DNA from: Myxococcota bacterium
GTDB lineage: Bacteria; Myxococcota; XYA12-FULL-58-9; JABJBS01
Direction: 5' to 3'
NCBI GenBank assembly: GCA_036339465.1
Contig: JAYZAY010000009.1
Span: forward strand, 1 to 53,161
Length of the DNA: 53,161 bases
Position 1 is the first letter of the stretch; every line of letters starts with the position of its first letter. The translations under genes were made by a program, and so were the position numbers. A model generated the notes under the pieces. It saw only the letters and a list, made by a program, of their open reading frames with translations, searched no databases and was not told where the DNA came from. Shown piece after piece: positions 28,831-39,670 of the stretch.

Positions 28831-30600
28831 ATGAGAACCATGGCTCTAAACTTGTGCAAGACTCTCACCTTCCTAACCTTGAGCTTTCTTCCCGCTCTTG
28901 CCACCGCAGCGGTGCAGGCCAATGTCTCTCGCACAGAAATGACAGTCGAAGATCAACTGTCTTACCAAATCATCGTACAAGGCCGACAGGGAGGAACCCC
29001 AGACGTGGCTGTTATTCAAAACTTTGAAGTCTACAGTCGCGGCCAGTCAACCCAAATGCAAGTCATCAATGGACAAGTTAACTCCAGCATCACCTACAAC
29101 TATATCCTGGTCCCAAAAAGAGAAGGAACTTTGGCAATCCCCGAAGTTCCTATTCAATTCGGTAACACCGTCGCTAAAACCCAAGCCATCACCATTCGAG
29201 TCCTACCACCAAACACCAAGCCTAAATCAGAAAAGCCTGTCTTTCTGGAAGTTGTGGTGTCCAACAAAAAGCCGTATATCAACCAACCAATCACCTACAC
29301 CTGGAGAATCTATCGTCGCGTTCGCCTAACCAATGCTGACGCCAATCTTCCTGAATTTGAAGGTTTCATTGTTGAGGAGACAAGAGAGCAAAACGATTAC
29401 ACCACCAATGTAGGAGGCAATCGTTACGAAGTTAGTGAGATCAAAAAAATCCTCATCCCTCAAGAGGCTGGCCAATTTGAACTACCTAGCTCAAGTGTTA
29501 CCGTCGACTTGATGGCCAATTCATCCGGTAGAAGACCGCGTGGCGATATCTTTGACGATTTTTTTGGACGAACTAAAACCATACGAAAAGTTCTTCGAAG
29601 CGATCCCATTCGCATCGAGGTCCAAGCCCTACCCACACCGGCCGAGGACTCTTCAGGCCTCGTAGGCACAGCATCCATCAAATCTCGAGTTACCAAATCC
29701 AACGTCCTAGTCGGTGAATCACTGACCCTAACAATCCGCATTCAAGCAGAAGGAAACTGGAAATCGGTCAAAGCACCAACCATCGACATAACGGATAAAT
29801 TCAAAGTCTACAGCGACAAGCCAGTCCACCATGAATTGGAGCCAGAAAATTCACCCAGGGGAATCATTGATTTTTCCATGGCCCTCGTCCCCATCCAAGC
29901 TGGTACCGTCACAATTGCGGCCATCCCTTTCACATTCTTTAACCCAGAAAAAGCCGCCTATGAAACAATCATGACAACTTCCCACCAATTAACAATTCGA
30001 CCCGCAGCACAAAAAGAAAGTCTATCACTCACAGACAAGACCACCCAAAATGGTTCGCAAAATAGTAAAAAACGAATTGAAGTACTCGGAGAGGACATCC
30101 TTCCAATATACCGTCAACCCGACGCTCTGGATCCCCCTATCAACTTCCGCAAGCCACTATGGTTTGTCGCTCTCATCACCCCATGGCTATTGTTTATGGG
30201 GATCAAAAGTAGAAAAAACCACCTGAATTTACTGGCCACCGATGTCGGGCTCAAGCGTAAAAAGGAAGCCTACCGCAACGCAACTCAGAGCCTTCACAAC
30301 ATCAACGTTAGCGCGCCCAACAGTGTGCAAATTCAAGAATTCGCAAGATTACTAAAAGAATACCTAGGCCACCATTTCAATGTTACCGGCGGTGCATTAA
30401 CGCGCAGCGAGATCGCCTCCACTTTGGCTTTAAGCCCGATCAAGGCCGAGGTCATCGAGCAGACCCTCAAGCTATTAGGTGTTGCCGAGGCGTTAGAGTA
30501 CGCTGGTCCCTGCAGTTCCTCTTCCTCCTCAGAGAGCTTCGACCTCAAGTCCTCTAAAGCGCTTTTGAATCAACTAGAGAAGTCCTTGCAGGAGGCATAA
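28831..30600 (+). CDS. batD: BatD-family protein
   Basis: Signal peptide; QMQVINGQ, YILVPKREGTL, PYINQPI, DIFDDFFG, SGLVG, FKVY, FFNP..AAY. Confidence 0.85.
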   Translation: MRTMALNLCKTLTFLTLSFLPALATAAVQANVSRTEMTVEDQLSYQIIVQGRQGGTPDVAVIQNFEVYSRGQSTQMQVINGQVNSSITYNYILVPKREGTLAIPEVPIQFGNTVAKTQAITIRVLPPNTKPKSEKPVFLEVVVSNKKPYINQPITYTWRIYRRVRLTNADANLPEFEGFIVEETREQNDYTTNVGGNRYEVSEIKKILIPQEAGQFELPSSSVTVDLMANSSGRRPRGDIFDDFFGRTKTIRKVLRSDPIRIEVQALPTPAEDSSGLVGTASIKSRVTKSNVLVGESLTLTIRIQAEGNWKSVKAPTIDITDKFKVYSDKPVHHELEPENSPRGIIDFSMALVPIQAGTVTIAAIPFTFFNPEKAAYETIMTTSHQLTIRPAAQKESLSLTDKTTQNGSQNSKKRIEVLGEDILPIYRQPDALDPPINFRKPLWFVALITPWLLFMGIKSRKNHLNLLATDVGLKRKKEAYRNATQSLHNINVSAPNSVQIQEFARLLKEYLGHHFNVTGGALTRSEIASTLALSPIKAEVIEQTLKLLGVAEALEYAGPCSSSSSSESFDLKSSKALLNQLEKSLQEA

Positions 30601-30606
30601 CACATC

Positions 30607-31386
30607 ATGTTCGTACCCAAATCCAAAATGAATCGATTCATCTTGCTTGCGGCGCTTTTCTCATCGGGACCCGCTATAGCCAATAACTCGGTTCCCAGCA
30701 CTGACACAAATGAACTCTTCGTCGAGGCCAATCGCTCCTATGATGCAGGAAATCTGACAAAGGCGGTCACAGATTATGAATCCCTCCTTCAAATCGGTTT
30801 AACCAACGGCCCGATCTACTATAATCTCGGCAACGCCTATTTCAAACAAGGCGACGTGGGGGCCTCTATCACGGCCTACCTACACGCGACCCGTGAGTCG
30901 CCAAGATTCGCCGATCTGCAGGCCAATCTCAAAACCGCACGCGCGGAAGTACGAGACGCTATCGATTCGGAAGAAGAGTCAATCCTCACAGCAATACTAT
31001 TCTTCTGGTATTATAAGCTAAGCCCCTCCGAGTTCGGCATGGTTGCAGTTCTGGCTAATTTAACCTTTGCACTCCTCCTAATCGCTGCAATGTATTTACC
31101 TCGAAATGAATATATTCCCTGGCTCCAAAAAATTACCGTGCTACTTCTCATTACATCCAGCGCCTCGTTCCTTTGTCGCACCTACTTTCCACGAAAAATC
31201 GCGGTTGTTCAAGCCTCCGAAGCCTCGGTCTTCTCAGGCACCAGTAACGAAACCACGGTACTCTTCAAGGTACACTCGGGCACCGAAATGAGAGTTCAAC
31301 AATCAGCCCCCGGATGGGTGAGAGTCAAAGTTAACGACCAGCAAGGTTGGCTTCCCGAGACCGAAGTTGACGTCGTCTCATTATAA
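30607..31386 (+). CDS. batE: BatE-like TPR + SH3b protein
   Basis: YYNLGNAYFK TPR, two TM helices, C-terminal LFKVHSGTEMRV..GWVRV..QGWLP. Confidence 0.85.
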   Translation: MFVPKSKMNRFILLAALFSSGPAIANNSVPSTDTNELFVEANRSYDAGNLTKAVTDYESLLQIGLTNGPIYYNLGNAYFKQGDVGASITAYLHATRESPRFADLQANLKTARAEVRDAIDSEEESILTAILFFWYYKLSPSEFGMVAVLANLTFALLLIAAMYLPRNEYIPWLQKITVLLLITSSASFLCRTYFPRKIAVVQASEASVFSGTSNETTVLFKVHSGTEMRVQQSAPGWVRVKVNDQQGWLPETEVDVVSL

Positions 31387-31413
31387 TAACGAATAACCCC
31401 AAGAGAGAATACC

Positions 31414-32697
31414 ATGACCACCCGAAGCGAAAGTCTATTGGAAAGAGCGATGAAACGCATGCCTGGAGGCGTTAATTCTCCTGTCCGAGCATTCAAATCC
31501 GTCGGAGGCATCCCGAGATTCATCGAGAGAGCGAAAGGCGCTTCTCTCTTCGATGCAGACGGCAAGGAATACATCGACTACGTTCTGTCCTGGGGCCCTG
31601 CTATCCTGGGCCATGCACCGGATAGGGTTGTCTCAGCCTGCCAAGAAGCACTTGCCCGTGGGTCATCTTTTGGCGCCCCTACGGAACTTGAGGTCCAATT
31701 GGCCGAACTCGTCATAGAACGCGTTCCCGGATTGGAGCTTATGCGCTTGGTGAATTCAGGTACAGAAGCTTGTATGTCTGCCATTAGAGTCGCACGAGGC
31801 GTGACAGGCCGTGAAAAAATTATTAAGTTTGATGGTTGCTATCACGGCCATGCAGATAGTTTTTTAATCGCGGCGGGTTCCGGCGCGTTAACCTTGGGTA
31901 CACCTAACTCCCCTGGGGTCACCACGGGAACCGCGCGAGATACCCTTCTAGCACAATTCAATAATTTAGATTCCGTTAGCGCTTTATTTGAAGCCCATGG
32001 TTTTGAGATAGCTGGGGTGATTGTAGAACCGATATGCGGAAACACCGGATGTATTCCTCCAAAAGCTGGCTTCTTAAGAGACCTCAAGAGATTGTGTGAC
32101 CAACATGGTTCGGCATTTATTATGGACGAAGTCATGACCGGTTTTAGAGTTGCTCGGGGTGGCGCGGCGGAAATCTACGATGTGACCCCAGACCTTTACT
32201 GTTTTGGGAAAGTCATTGGTGGTGGATTTCCTTTAGCGGCTTACGGGGGCACAGAAAAATACATGCGGCAAGTCGCACCTGACGGCCCCATCTATCAAGC
32301 CGGCACGCTTTCAGGAAACCCCGTGGCAGTGACCGCCGGAATAGAAACCCTCAAAGCCCTCACTCCCAAAGCCTATGATGACCTTGAGTCATTAGGGCAA
32401 CAATTTGAAACCGGCCTAGCTGGCATCATTCAAAAAGGCTCTTATCCCCTGTGTCACAATCGCGTGGGTTCGATGTTCGGTCTTTTCTTTACACCTGGCC
32501 CGATTGAATCGCATTTAGATGTCAACAAATGTGACATTCCGAGATTCAATAAATTTTTTCATCACATGCTTGAAGAAGGAATTTACCTAGCGGCCAGTCA
32601 ATATGAAGCTGGCTTTCTCTCCGTGTGCCACACACCTGCGCTGATCGATCAAACGTTGAGCAAGATAGAGACCTGCCTTCGGCGCGTGTATTCTTAA
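31414..32697 (+). CDS. hemL: Glutamate-1-semialdehyde 2,1-aminomutase
   Basis: MPGGVNSPVRAF, SFGAP, NSGTEA, GCYHGH, DEVMTGFR, GKVIGGG (PLP Lys), YQAGTLSGNP. Confidence 0.97.
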   Translation: MTTRSESLLERAMKRMPGGVNSPVRAFKSVGGIPRFIERAKGASLFDADGKEYIDYVLSWGPAILGHAPDRVVSACQEALARGSSFGAPTELEVQLAELVIERVPGLELMRLVNSGTEACMSAIRVARGVTGREKIIKFDGCYHGHADSFLIAAGSGALTLGTPNSPGVTTGTARDTLLAQFNNLDSVSALFEAHGFEIAGVIVEPICGNTGCIPPKAGFLRDLKRLCDQHGSAFIMDEVMTGFRVARGGAAEIYDVTPDLYCFGKVIGGGFPLAAYGGTEKYMRQVAPDGPIYQAGTLSGNPVAVTAGIETLKALTPKAYDDLESLGQQFETGLAGIIQKGSYPLCHNRVGSMFGLFFTPGPIESHLDVNKCDIPRFNKFFHHMLEEGIYLAASQYEAGFLSVCHTPALIDQTLSKIETCLRRVYS

Positions 32698-32928
32698 GCT
32701 GAGTTCTCGCCAACCCTAAATTCACCGCTCCTGGCAAGGTCAATTGGCCAAGAGATGGCCACCGACGCGGCGGTCTGGAAAAGAAAAAACCAGACTTCGA
32801 GCAGAAAATCAAAGAGAAAACGAACAAGGATGCTCGTTCGAAGTCCAGTGCCGTTTTAAGCAATTCGGATTGAAATCCCCAAGGCTATTAGTTTCGTAAG
32901 CACCAGAAAGATTCGACTAAGCTTGACG

Positions 32929-34842
32929 CTATTTGGCACTACGGCTTGCACGAGAAGGTTTGCCCGTCTTTTTTACCTTTTTGGCCGTCACCGACTTACG
33001 GCTTCCACCATCTGCTGTAGAACGATCCCCTCGGCTAGGTTTTCCACTCGCTTTTTCCCGTTTAGCTTTTGATGGCGGGGATCCTTTGACGCGCTTCAGA
33101 CGCATAGGTCGCTTACATATCTCTAGATCACGGAAATGCCGAAGTAGGGGCTTGGGCATTCCTCCTGGCAATTCCACTGTGGTGTGGTCGTCGTAAATCG
33201 AGACCGCACCAATAAACTCGCTATCTAAACCAGCTTCATTGGCGATGGTTCCAACAATATGACGAACTTCCACACCATGTTCGCTACCAACCTCTATTCT
33301 GAACACTTCCATACCCAGATCGCCATCGGGGCCTTCAACATGGTCCTGAACGCCCTCATCTTCGAATCGAGGAATGTCCCGAGGTTTCGGCTTTTCCCGT
33401 TTTGGCGGTTCCGTAAAGTCACGTTCTCTCCATTCCGAACCACGTTCCTCTCGTTTGGAACCTCGCTCCTGGGTGACTGATCTCGCTCGGTCTTCGCGTC
33501 CCTTGGATTCACCCGAAGCAGTACTTGAAGCGGCATTTAAGGGGCGGTCTTTTTGCGCGAGATATAATAGACCCGCAGCGAGTTCCCGTTCCGAAACCTC
33601 AAGTTCTTCACACAATTGTGCCGTGAGATCTCGATAAAAACCCAAGGGTTTCTCTGCTAAAACACTGGCCAGGGCATCCCGAAATATCTCAATTCGCTTC
33701 GCCGATGCCTGTTGCGGTGATGGCAAAGCCATTTCCTGAATTGGCTGCCCAATGGTTCGCTCGATCGACTTTAGCAAATGTTTTTCACGGGGCAAAACAA
33801 AAAGGATTGCCTTCCCACAACGTCCAGCTCGGCCCGTGCGGCCGACCCGGTGGATATAGGATTCATTGTCATGGGGGATGTCGAAATTGATGACGAGGCT
33901 AACTCTCTCAACATCTAATCCTCTCGCCGCTACGTCCGTAGCCACGAGAATATCCAATTTACCACTCTTCAATCGACTCACGGTGCGAAGTCTCAAGTTT
34001 TGGGTCATGTCGCCATTTAGAGCCGCGGCCGCATAGCCTCTTGCCTCAAGTTTCTCCGCCAATTCAGATGTCGCATGTTTCGTTCTCGCGAAAACGATAA
34101 CCCCCTCATAGGTTTCGGTCTCGAGAATTCGAGTAAGTGCCTCAAGTTTTCGGGCCCCACGCGCATACCAATAGTACTGATCGATATTTTCAACCGTGGT
34201 TGCCTTAGCGACGATGGAAATATCACGGGGGGATTTCATATACTTTTCAGCAATACGCTTGATCCGTTCTGGCATGGTCGCAGAAAAGAGGGCGGTTTGA
34301 CGGTCTGCTGCGGTTTCCGCCATGATGGTCTCAACATCATCGATAAATCCCATCCTCAACATTTCATCGGCTTCATCCAGAATCATCGTGGTCACTTCGC
34401 TCAGATTCAGCGTGCCTTTGCGGAGATGGTCGAGCGTCCGGCCAGGCGTGCCGACAACCACCTGGGGACCTCGCCGTAACTGCCGAATCTGCAAGCTATA
34501 ATCCTGGCCACCATAGATAGGTAAAACGTGGAAATTCTTAATGAAACGGGCATATGCAGCAAAGGCTTCCGATACTTGAATGGCCAACTCTCGGGTGGGC
34601 GTTAGAACAAGAACCTGGGGCTTTTTCCCCTTGTCATTAAGTCGACCTATGACCGGTAACGCAAAGGCAGCGGTTTTACCGGTTCCGGTTTGGGCAAGAA
34701 CTCGAATATCTTCCCCGTTCATCATCACAGGAATAGCAGCAGCCTGCACTGGGGAAGGCATTTCATACCCCAAGTGGCTCAAAGCCTTCATAATGGATTT
34801 ATCAAGGTTTAGGTCATCAAACGTGGTTTTTTGTTCAGACAT
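32929..34842 (-). CDS. deaD: DEAD-box RNA helicase DeaD/CsdA type
   Basis: AQTGTGKT, PTRELA, LPIYGGQ, DEADEMLRMGF, SAT, ARGLD, HRVGRTGRAG; DbpA domain FRIEVG..IANEAGL..IG. Confidence 0.88.
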   Translation of the reverse strand: MSEQKTTFDDLNLDKSIMKALSHLGYEMPSPVQAAAIPVMMNGEDIRVLAQTGTGKTAAFALPVIGRLNDKGKKPQVLVLTPTRELAIQVSEAFAAYARFIKNFHVLPIYGGQDYSLQIRQLRRGPQVVVGTPGRTLDHLRKGTLNLSEVTTMILDEADEMLRMGFIDDVETIMAETAADRQTALFSATMPERIKRIAEKYMKSPRDISIVAKATTVENIDQYYWYARGARKLEALTRILETETYEGVIVFARTKHATSELAEKLEARGYAAAALNGDMTQNLRLRTVSRLKSGKLDILVATDVAARGLDVERVSLVINFDIPHDNESYIHRVGRTGRAGRCGKAILFVLPREKHLLKSIERTIGQPIQEMALPSPQQASAKRIEIFRDALASVLAEKPLGFYRDLTAQLCEELEVSERELAAGLLYLAQKDRPLNAASSTASGESKGREDRARSVTQERGSKREERGSEWRERDFTEPPKREKPKPRDIPRFEDEGVQDHVEGPDGDLGMEVFRIEVGSEHGVEVRHIVGTIANEAGLDSEFIGAVSIYDDHTTVELPGGMPKPLLRHFRDLEICKRPMRLKRVKGSPPSKAKREKASGKPSRGDRSTADGGSRKSVTAKKVKKTGKPSRASRSAK

Positions 34843-35085
34843 TGTTTTCTCTTAATAATAACGTGCCTACTGACACCCAGCACTCGTTTTTCAAGGCGAA
34901 CCAGAGATAGACGTCTCTGACTGCAGCCAGCGAGTGGAGATTCTTTTCCGTAGCATGGTGCGTTGTGAAGACCGAAGTCTAAGTTCTAAGATGTTCCAGG
35001 CAGCGGCTCAATCCTCACAAAGAGTGGCATTCGTGAAAACCACTTCTACTGACGCCCGATACGTGTCATGTTACCACAGTGTCAA
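34843..35085 (-). promoter_or_regulatory. Long structured 5' leader of deaD with upstream TTGACA
   Basis: Hairpins at 35023-35044, 34969-34980 (AGAC-UUCG-GUCU), 34902-34919 and 34863-34883; TTGACA at 35085-35080 (weak -10). Confidence 0.45.
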
Positions 35086-35419
35086 CGTGAATCTTGTCCA
35101 CCCCAGGACCATCCTCGACTAAAAGGTGAGAAAGGATCTCATTTCTTAATCATAGGCGGCTTACGTTACTAAAATCATTCGTTAATTTCGTTTTCGACCG
35201 ACCACCCCTCCCAAATCATCTCACCCAAACCAGAATCAAAGCTGGCCCACCTGGGCACCCCTTCAGAAGGAAATGGGGGCAGCAAAAGTTGTGTCTCAAG
35301 GACCCGACGGTTATACAGTCTCTTGAAATGCATCCGCTAAACCTTCCCCGGCATTACAACAATCGTGTTCAAAGCCAAAGCGACCTCGTGTTCAAACCGC
35401 CTCTCGGAGAAAAAAGATA

Positions 35420-35962
35420 ATGCTCCTACTACAAGGTTTATTTCTATTTCTCGTCGTCTGGGCCGGATTTTCCATTGTTTTTTATACGTTGAGGACAGGA
35501 ATATCCCCAATGCCCAGCTCCAGGGGAGCGAAACATTCAGTCCTCTCCCTAATACCGCCCGAGTCTGAGGGAGAAATCTTAGAAATGGGATCTGGTTGGG
35601 GAACCCTTGCGATTCCTTTGGCAAAACGTTGCCCCAAAGCCAAGGTTTTAGCCTATGAACTCTCCCCCATACCTTGGCTCTACTCAAATCTACTGAAACG
35701 CCTCTATGGGCTGGAAAACCTTGAATTTCATCGGAAAGATTTCCAGAAGGTAGACCTCAAAAGAGCGTCGCTCGTGGTCTCTTACCTCTTCCCGGAAGGA
35801 ATGGAAAAGCTAAGACGAAAATTCGAGAAGGAACTCCCGAAAAACACAATGGTAATAACCCATACGTTTAGGGTGCCGGGCTGGACACCCAAAGAAGAAA
35901 TCACCCTCCCAGATATCTATCGCACCAAGGTCTATCTCTATTCGGCTGGCTCAGAAACTTAA
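35420..35962 (+). CDS. Membrane-anchored class I SAM-dependent methyltransferase
   Basis: N-terminal TM, GISPMPSS, motif I EMGSGWG, AYELSP, SYLFP; layout resembles FAM173-like enzymes. Confidence 0.82.
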   Translation: MLLLQGLFLFLVVWAGFSIVFYTLRTGISPMPSSRGAKHSVLSLIPPESEGEILEMGSGWGTLAIPLAKRCPKAKVLAYELSPIPWLYSNLLKRLYGLENLEFHRKDFQKVDLKRASLVVSYLFPEGMEKLRRKFEKELPKNTMVITHTFRVPGWTPKEEITLPDIYRTKVYLYSAGSET

Positions 35963-35975
35963 GAGGGGGGGATTT

Positions 35976-35997
35976 GATGGAGCGAAACCGCCCCATC
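35976..35997 (-). terminator. GC-rich hairpin 3' of fusA between convergent genes (no U-tract)
   Basis: Minus strand GATGGGGCG-GTTT-CGCTCCATC, 9-bp stem with one GU pair. Confidence 0.4.
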
Positions 35998-36031
35998 CTA
36001 AACGAAGTTCAAACAAATCGACATCACCGAC

Positions 36032-38131
36032 TTAGGTGTTACCTGCAGCGCGCTTTTCTTGCCACACATCGCGAAGTTTCAACGCGACTTCTTCGGGCGC
36101 TACACCGTACTTACAAAATTCCATGGAAAAATCAGCTTTACCCTGGGTGCAAGAACGAAGAATTGTCGCATAACCAAACATTTCGCTGAGCGGTACCTCC
36201 GCATCAATTCGGACAAAACCAGACTCTTCCGTGGTACCCGTAATTAGGCCACGGCGTTGCATAATCGTGCCAAGAATATCACCTTGGAATTCGGTTGGTC
36301 CCTCACAGGACACGGTCATAATCGGCTCGAGAGCCTTAGGTCCGCACTTGAGATAGGTGTCACGGAATGCCCCTCGGCCAGCGGCCTGGAATGCGTTGTC
36401 CGAACTATCCACCGCGTGGGTGGTCCCATCTTCCAAAACAACCTTCACCCCCTGTACGGGAAAGCCAATGTATTCACCACGGTCCATGGAAACCTTGAAA
36501 CCTTTTTCGACCGACGGAATAAATTCCTTGGGAATTGACCCACCAACAATCTTACTTTCAAACACGAAAGTTTCTTCAGATGGCTCCATACGCCCTTGAA
36601 CACGGCCAAACTGACCAGAACCACCGGTTTGCTTCTTGTGGGTGTAGTTGTAATCCACAGCCTTACTAATGGTTTCACGGTAGGCAACCTGAGGAGCACC
36701 GGTTTCAACATCGCAACTGTACTCACGACGCATCCGCTCAACGTAAACATCGAGGTGAAGTTCACCCATCCCCGCGATGATGGTTTCACCGGTTTCGTCG
36801 TCTGTATGGGAGCGGAAAGTTGGGTCTTCTTTGGTAAAACGAGAAATAGCTTTACCCATGTTGTCCACGCCCTTGCTGGTCTTTGGCTTGATAGCAAGCT
36901 TGATCACGGGCTCCGGAATATGCATGGAAGTCATCGATGCCTTGATTGACCCATCGGTGAAAGTATCCCCAGACGCACAATCAACCCCAAAGAGCGCAAC
37001 AATATCACCCGCCATGGTTTCTTCGATGTCCTGCATGTCGTCAGCATGCATCCGGACCAAACGACCGACTTTAATCTTCTTATTGTTCCGACTGTTGAAG
37101 AGAGTCTCGCCCTTTCTGAGGCTTCCCTGATAGATACGGATGTAGGTGAGCTGGCCGTATGGAGAAACTTCCAACTTGAACGCCAGCCCGATGAAATCCT
37201 TATCGGCGACAGGCTCAACAATAAAACTTTCCTCGACGCCCTCCTTGTTGAGGCGAATGGCATTGTTTTCAACCTCGGTTGGATCGGGCAAGTAAGCACA
37301 AACCGCATCAATAAGCGGTTGCACACCCACATTTTTGTATGCGGAACCCATGAATACGGGGGTAACCTTACGCGCGATAACCCCTGCACGAACAGCTTCA
37401 GCAATCACTTCTGGTGTCACCGCCTCATCGAGCATGGCCTCCATCAGACCATCGTGGTGCATGGAAAACGCGTCAAGCATGGTTTCGCGGTATTTTTCCA
37501 CTTCCTCAACCATGTTGGCCGGGATATCGACTTCAACAATGTTTTCACCGTTGTCGCCTTCGAAAAGGTAGCCCTTCATGGTCACGAGATCCACAAGGCC
37601 TTTGTGCTCATCTTCAAGACCGATGGGCAACTGCATCACCACCGAATTGTGCTTTAGCTGCTCACGCAATTGCTGAGCTACGCGGAGTGGATTCGCACCA
37701 CTTCGATCACACTTGTTGACAAACGCTAAACAAGGAACATTGTAGCGACGCATCTGTCTATCCACAGTGATGGACTGACTCTGAACACCCGCAACTGAAC
37801 ATAATACCAAAATCGCACCATCGAGCACTCGGAGGGAGCGCTCCACCTCAATGGTGAAATCCACGTGTCCGGGGGTGTCGATGACATTGATGAACTTGTC
37901 ATCCCAGGTCACGTGGGTCGCAGCAGAGGCAATGGTAATTCCTCGCTCCCGCTCCAATTCCATGGAATCCATGGTGGCTCCAACGCCGTCTTTGCCTTTA
38001 ACTTCGTGAATCGCGTGAATTCGACCCGCATAAAAGAGGATCCGTTCAGTGAGGGTGGTTTTGCCCGAATCAATGTGGGCGCTGATTCCGATATTACGGA
38101 CTTTCGAGAGATCCTTGATGGCGCTAGACAT
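36032..38131 (-). CDS. fusA: Elongation factor G (spd/mitochondrial EF-G1 type), stand-alone
   Basis: [65 protein letters not shown]; start reassigned to ATG 38131. Confidence 0.95.
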   Translation of the reverse strand: MSSAIKDLSKVRNIGISAHIDSGKTTLTERILFYAGRIHAIHEVKGKDGVGATMDSMELERERGITIASAATHVTWDDKFINVIDTPGHVDFTIEVERSLRVLDGAILVLCSVAGVQSQSITVDRQMRRYNVPCLAFVNKCDRSGANPLRVAQQLREQLKHNSVVMQLPIGLEDEHKGLVDLVTMKGYLFEGDNGENIVEVDIPANMVEEVEKYRETMLDAFSMHHDGLMEAMLDEAVTPEVIAEAVRAGVIARKVTPVFMGSAYKNVGVQPLIDAVCAYLPDPTEVENNAIRLNKEGVEESFIVEPVADKDFIGLAFKLEVSPYGQLTYIRIYQGSLRKGETLFNSRNNKKIKVGRLVRMHADDMQDIEETMAGDIVALFGVDCASGDTFTDGSIKASMTSMHIPEPVIKLAIKPKTSKGVDNMGKAISRFTKEDPTFRSHTDDETGETIIAGMGELHLDVYVERMRREYSCDVETGAPQVAYRETISKAVDYNYTHKKQTGGSGQFGRVQGRMEPSEETFVFESKIVGGSIPKEFIPSVEKGFKVSMDRGEYIGFPVQGVKVVLEDGTTHAVDSSDNAFQAAGRGAFRDTYLKCGPKALEPIMTVSCEGPTEFQGDILGTIMQRRGLITGTTEESGFVRIDAEVPLSEMFGYATILRSCTQGKADFSMEFCKYGVAPEEVALKLRDVWQEKRAAGNT

Positions 38132-38434
38132 TGCTATTGTCTCCAGTCGGTTGAGATATTGCACGGCAGCCAGAGCCAAGCTCAAGCAGTCCCTGCTCAA
38201 GCGGAACTGCATTCGAAGCCCCATGGGCCAACTACCAATTTTGAGCGCCCACTACCGTATCAGCACTCATATTGCAATGACATTGCCCGGCCAATCACGA
38301 AAAATCCTGACAATAACACAAGGCTCCAGACCCGCCGATGCCCCAGGCCCAAAGCAAAACAAAAACAGTATATTCACTCTCGAGAGCAGATCTCTATCAG
38401 GCTCAATGTGACTGAAAAATCCTACCGGCCAATA

Positions 38435-39670
38435 TTATTGAGCCTGCGTCAGTTTTTCACTAATGCGCATAAAGGATTCTAAACCCACCGCACTAAAAGG
38501 GTCCACTTGGCCCTTCCCCCCGGAACCGCTTCCGGTGATGAAAAGCTGGGGTAATTGAAGCCCTTTAAGCTGCTCGGCGACACCAATGGCGGTCTGCATG
38601 TGAAACTCAGCCGCTTCTCTCGGCGATAGTCCGGCCGCAACCTTTAATTTTGCAACCTTCGCATCGGCCTCCCCCTTCACCAACGCCGCCTTCGAATCTT
38701 CTTCGGCTTTCTGCCGGTTGAGCTGAGCCACCGCGTACTCTTTGGCTGCATTCAATTCCGCGACTTCTTTCTCCTTTTGGGCCTTGGTCACCGCGCGGAT
38801 TTTTTCAACTTCTTCTGCTGCCTTCGCCTTGGCTACGTTGGCCGCGCCCTGTTCTCGCGCCGTAATCGCATCTTGCTTGGCTTTCTCGGCATTCGCTTGG
38901 GCAACCACTTTCTGTTGTTCCGCTTCTTTTTTCTTAGCAATCAAAGCATCAATGGTTTGGTCAAAGTCGATATCCTTGATTACAAATTGGAGAATCTTGA
39001 TCTCGTATCTCAAAAACGGGGAATCTTTTCGAACCACAAGCTTACCTATTTTATCACCCTTAATAAAGACCGAACGAACCACAAACTCATTGCCTTCGGC
39101 ATCCTTTTCTTTTTCAACGCTCGATTCTGTTTCATAAATGCCATCTTTGATCTGTTCTTCGGCCAACGCGGTGAACTCACTTCGGCGAGTCGAATAGGAT
39201 TCCTCGGCCTTCATCAGTGTGGCGGTTTGCATCAGTGCTTCCGTAACGACCTGCCGAACCAAATCGTTTTTTACGGCTTCGTAGCGCTTGAAGTCCCTAT
39301 GGAGCGCCAACTGATGATCCTCGTTTGAGGAGAGACGATATTTGATAGAGCCTGAGACCAATGCAGTGCCGCCGTCATTAAAGCGCACTTTGATCGGCGC
39401 AGACTCCTCCGTATCTCCTCCATCGAGCGATGATTTGGAAAAGTAATACATGTCAGAAACTTGATAGGTGGTGATGTGCCCAAAGAGCTGTGGGTAAAGC
39501 CCTGCCTGATTTCGAACCGTCATCTCACCACTAATGGCGGCCTGCTTCACTTGATAGTAGCCTTCCATATTTGTCTCAAAAATTTCACTCGACAAACCCG
39601 TGATCGCAAGTAAAAGAGCAACCACGGAAATGATTATTCCCGTTCGTTTTCTTGATACTCGTTCAGTCAT
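38435..39670 (-). CDS. SPFH/Band 7 domain membrane protein with Ala/Glu/Lys-rich coiled coil
   Basis: N-terminal TM; IKVRFNDGG..VSGSIKY; IKDIDFD; flotillin-like AE/AK repeats. Confidence 0.8.
   Translation of the reverse strand: MTERVSRKRTGIIISVVALLLAITGLSSEIFETNMEGYYQVKQAAISGEMTVRNQAGLYPQLFGHITTYQVSDMYYFSKSSLDGGDTEESAPIKVRFNDGGTALVSGSIKYRLSSNEDHQLALHRDFKRYEAVKNDLVRQVVTEALMQTATLMKAEESYSTRRSEFTALAEEQIKDGIYETESSVEKEKDAEGNEFVVRSVFIKGDKIGKLVVRKDSPFLRYEIKILQFVIKDIDFDQTIDALIAKKKEAEQQKVVAQANAEKAKQDAITAREQGAANVAKAKAAEEVEKIRAVTKAQKEKEVAELNAAKEYAVAQLNRQKAEEDSKAALVKGEADAKVAKLKVAAGLSPREAAEFHMQTAIGVAEQLKGLQLPQLFITGSGSGGKGQVDPFSAVGLESFMRISEKLTQAQ

Noticed and set aside
28196..28834. 212-aa Ser/Arg/Asn-rich ORF and antisense Leu-rich or AAGP ORFs
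   Set aside because: Shadows of the QQQD repeat in batC.
32698..32928. Short Lys-rich open frame or hairpin between hemL and deaD
   Set aside because: No credible start or SD; the GTCTGG/CCAGAC stem lacks a U-tract.
36059..38482. Several long antisense ORFs over fusA
   Set aside because: Typical antisense shadows of a codon-biased, highly expressed gene; no recognisable motifs.
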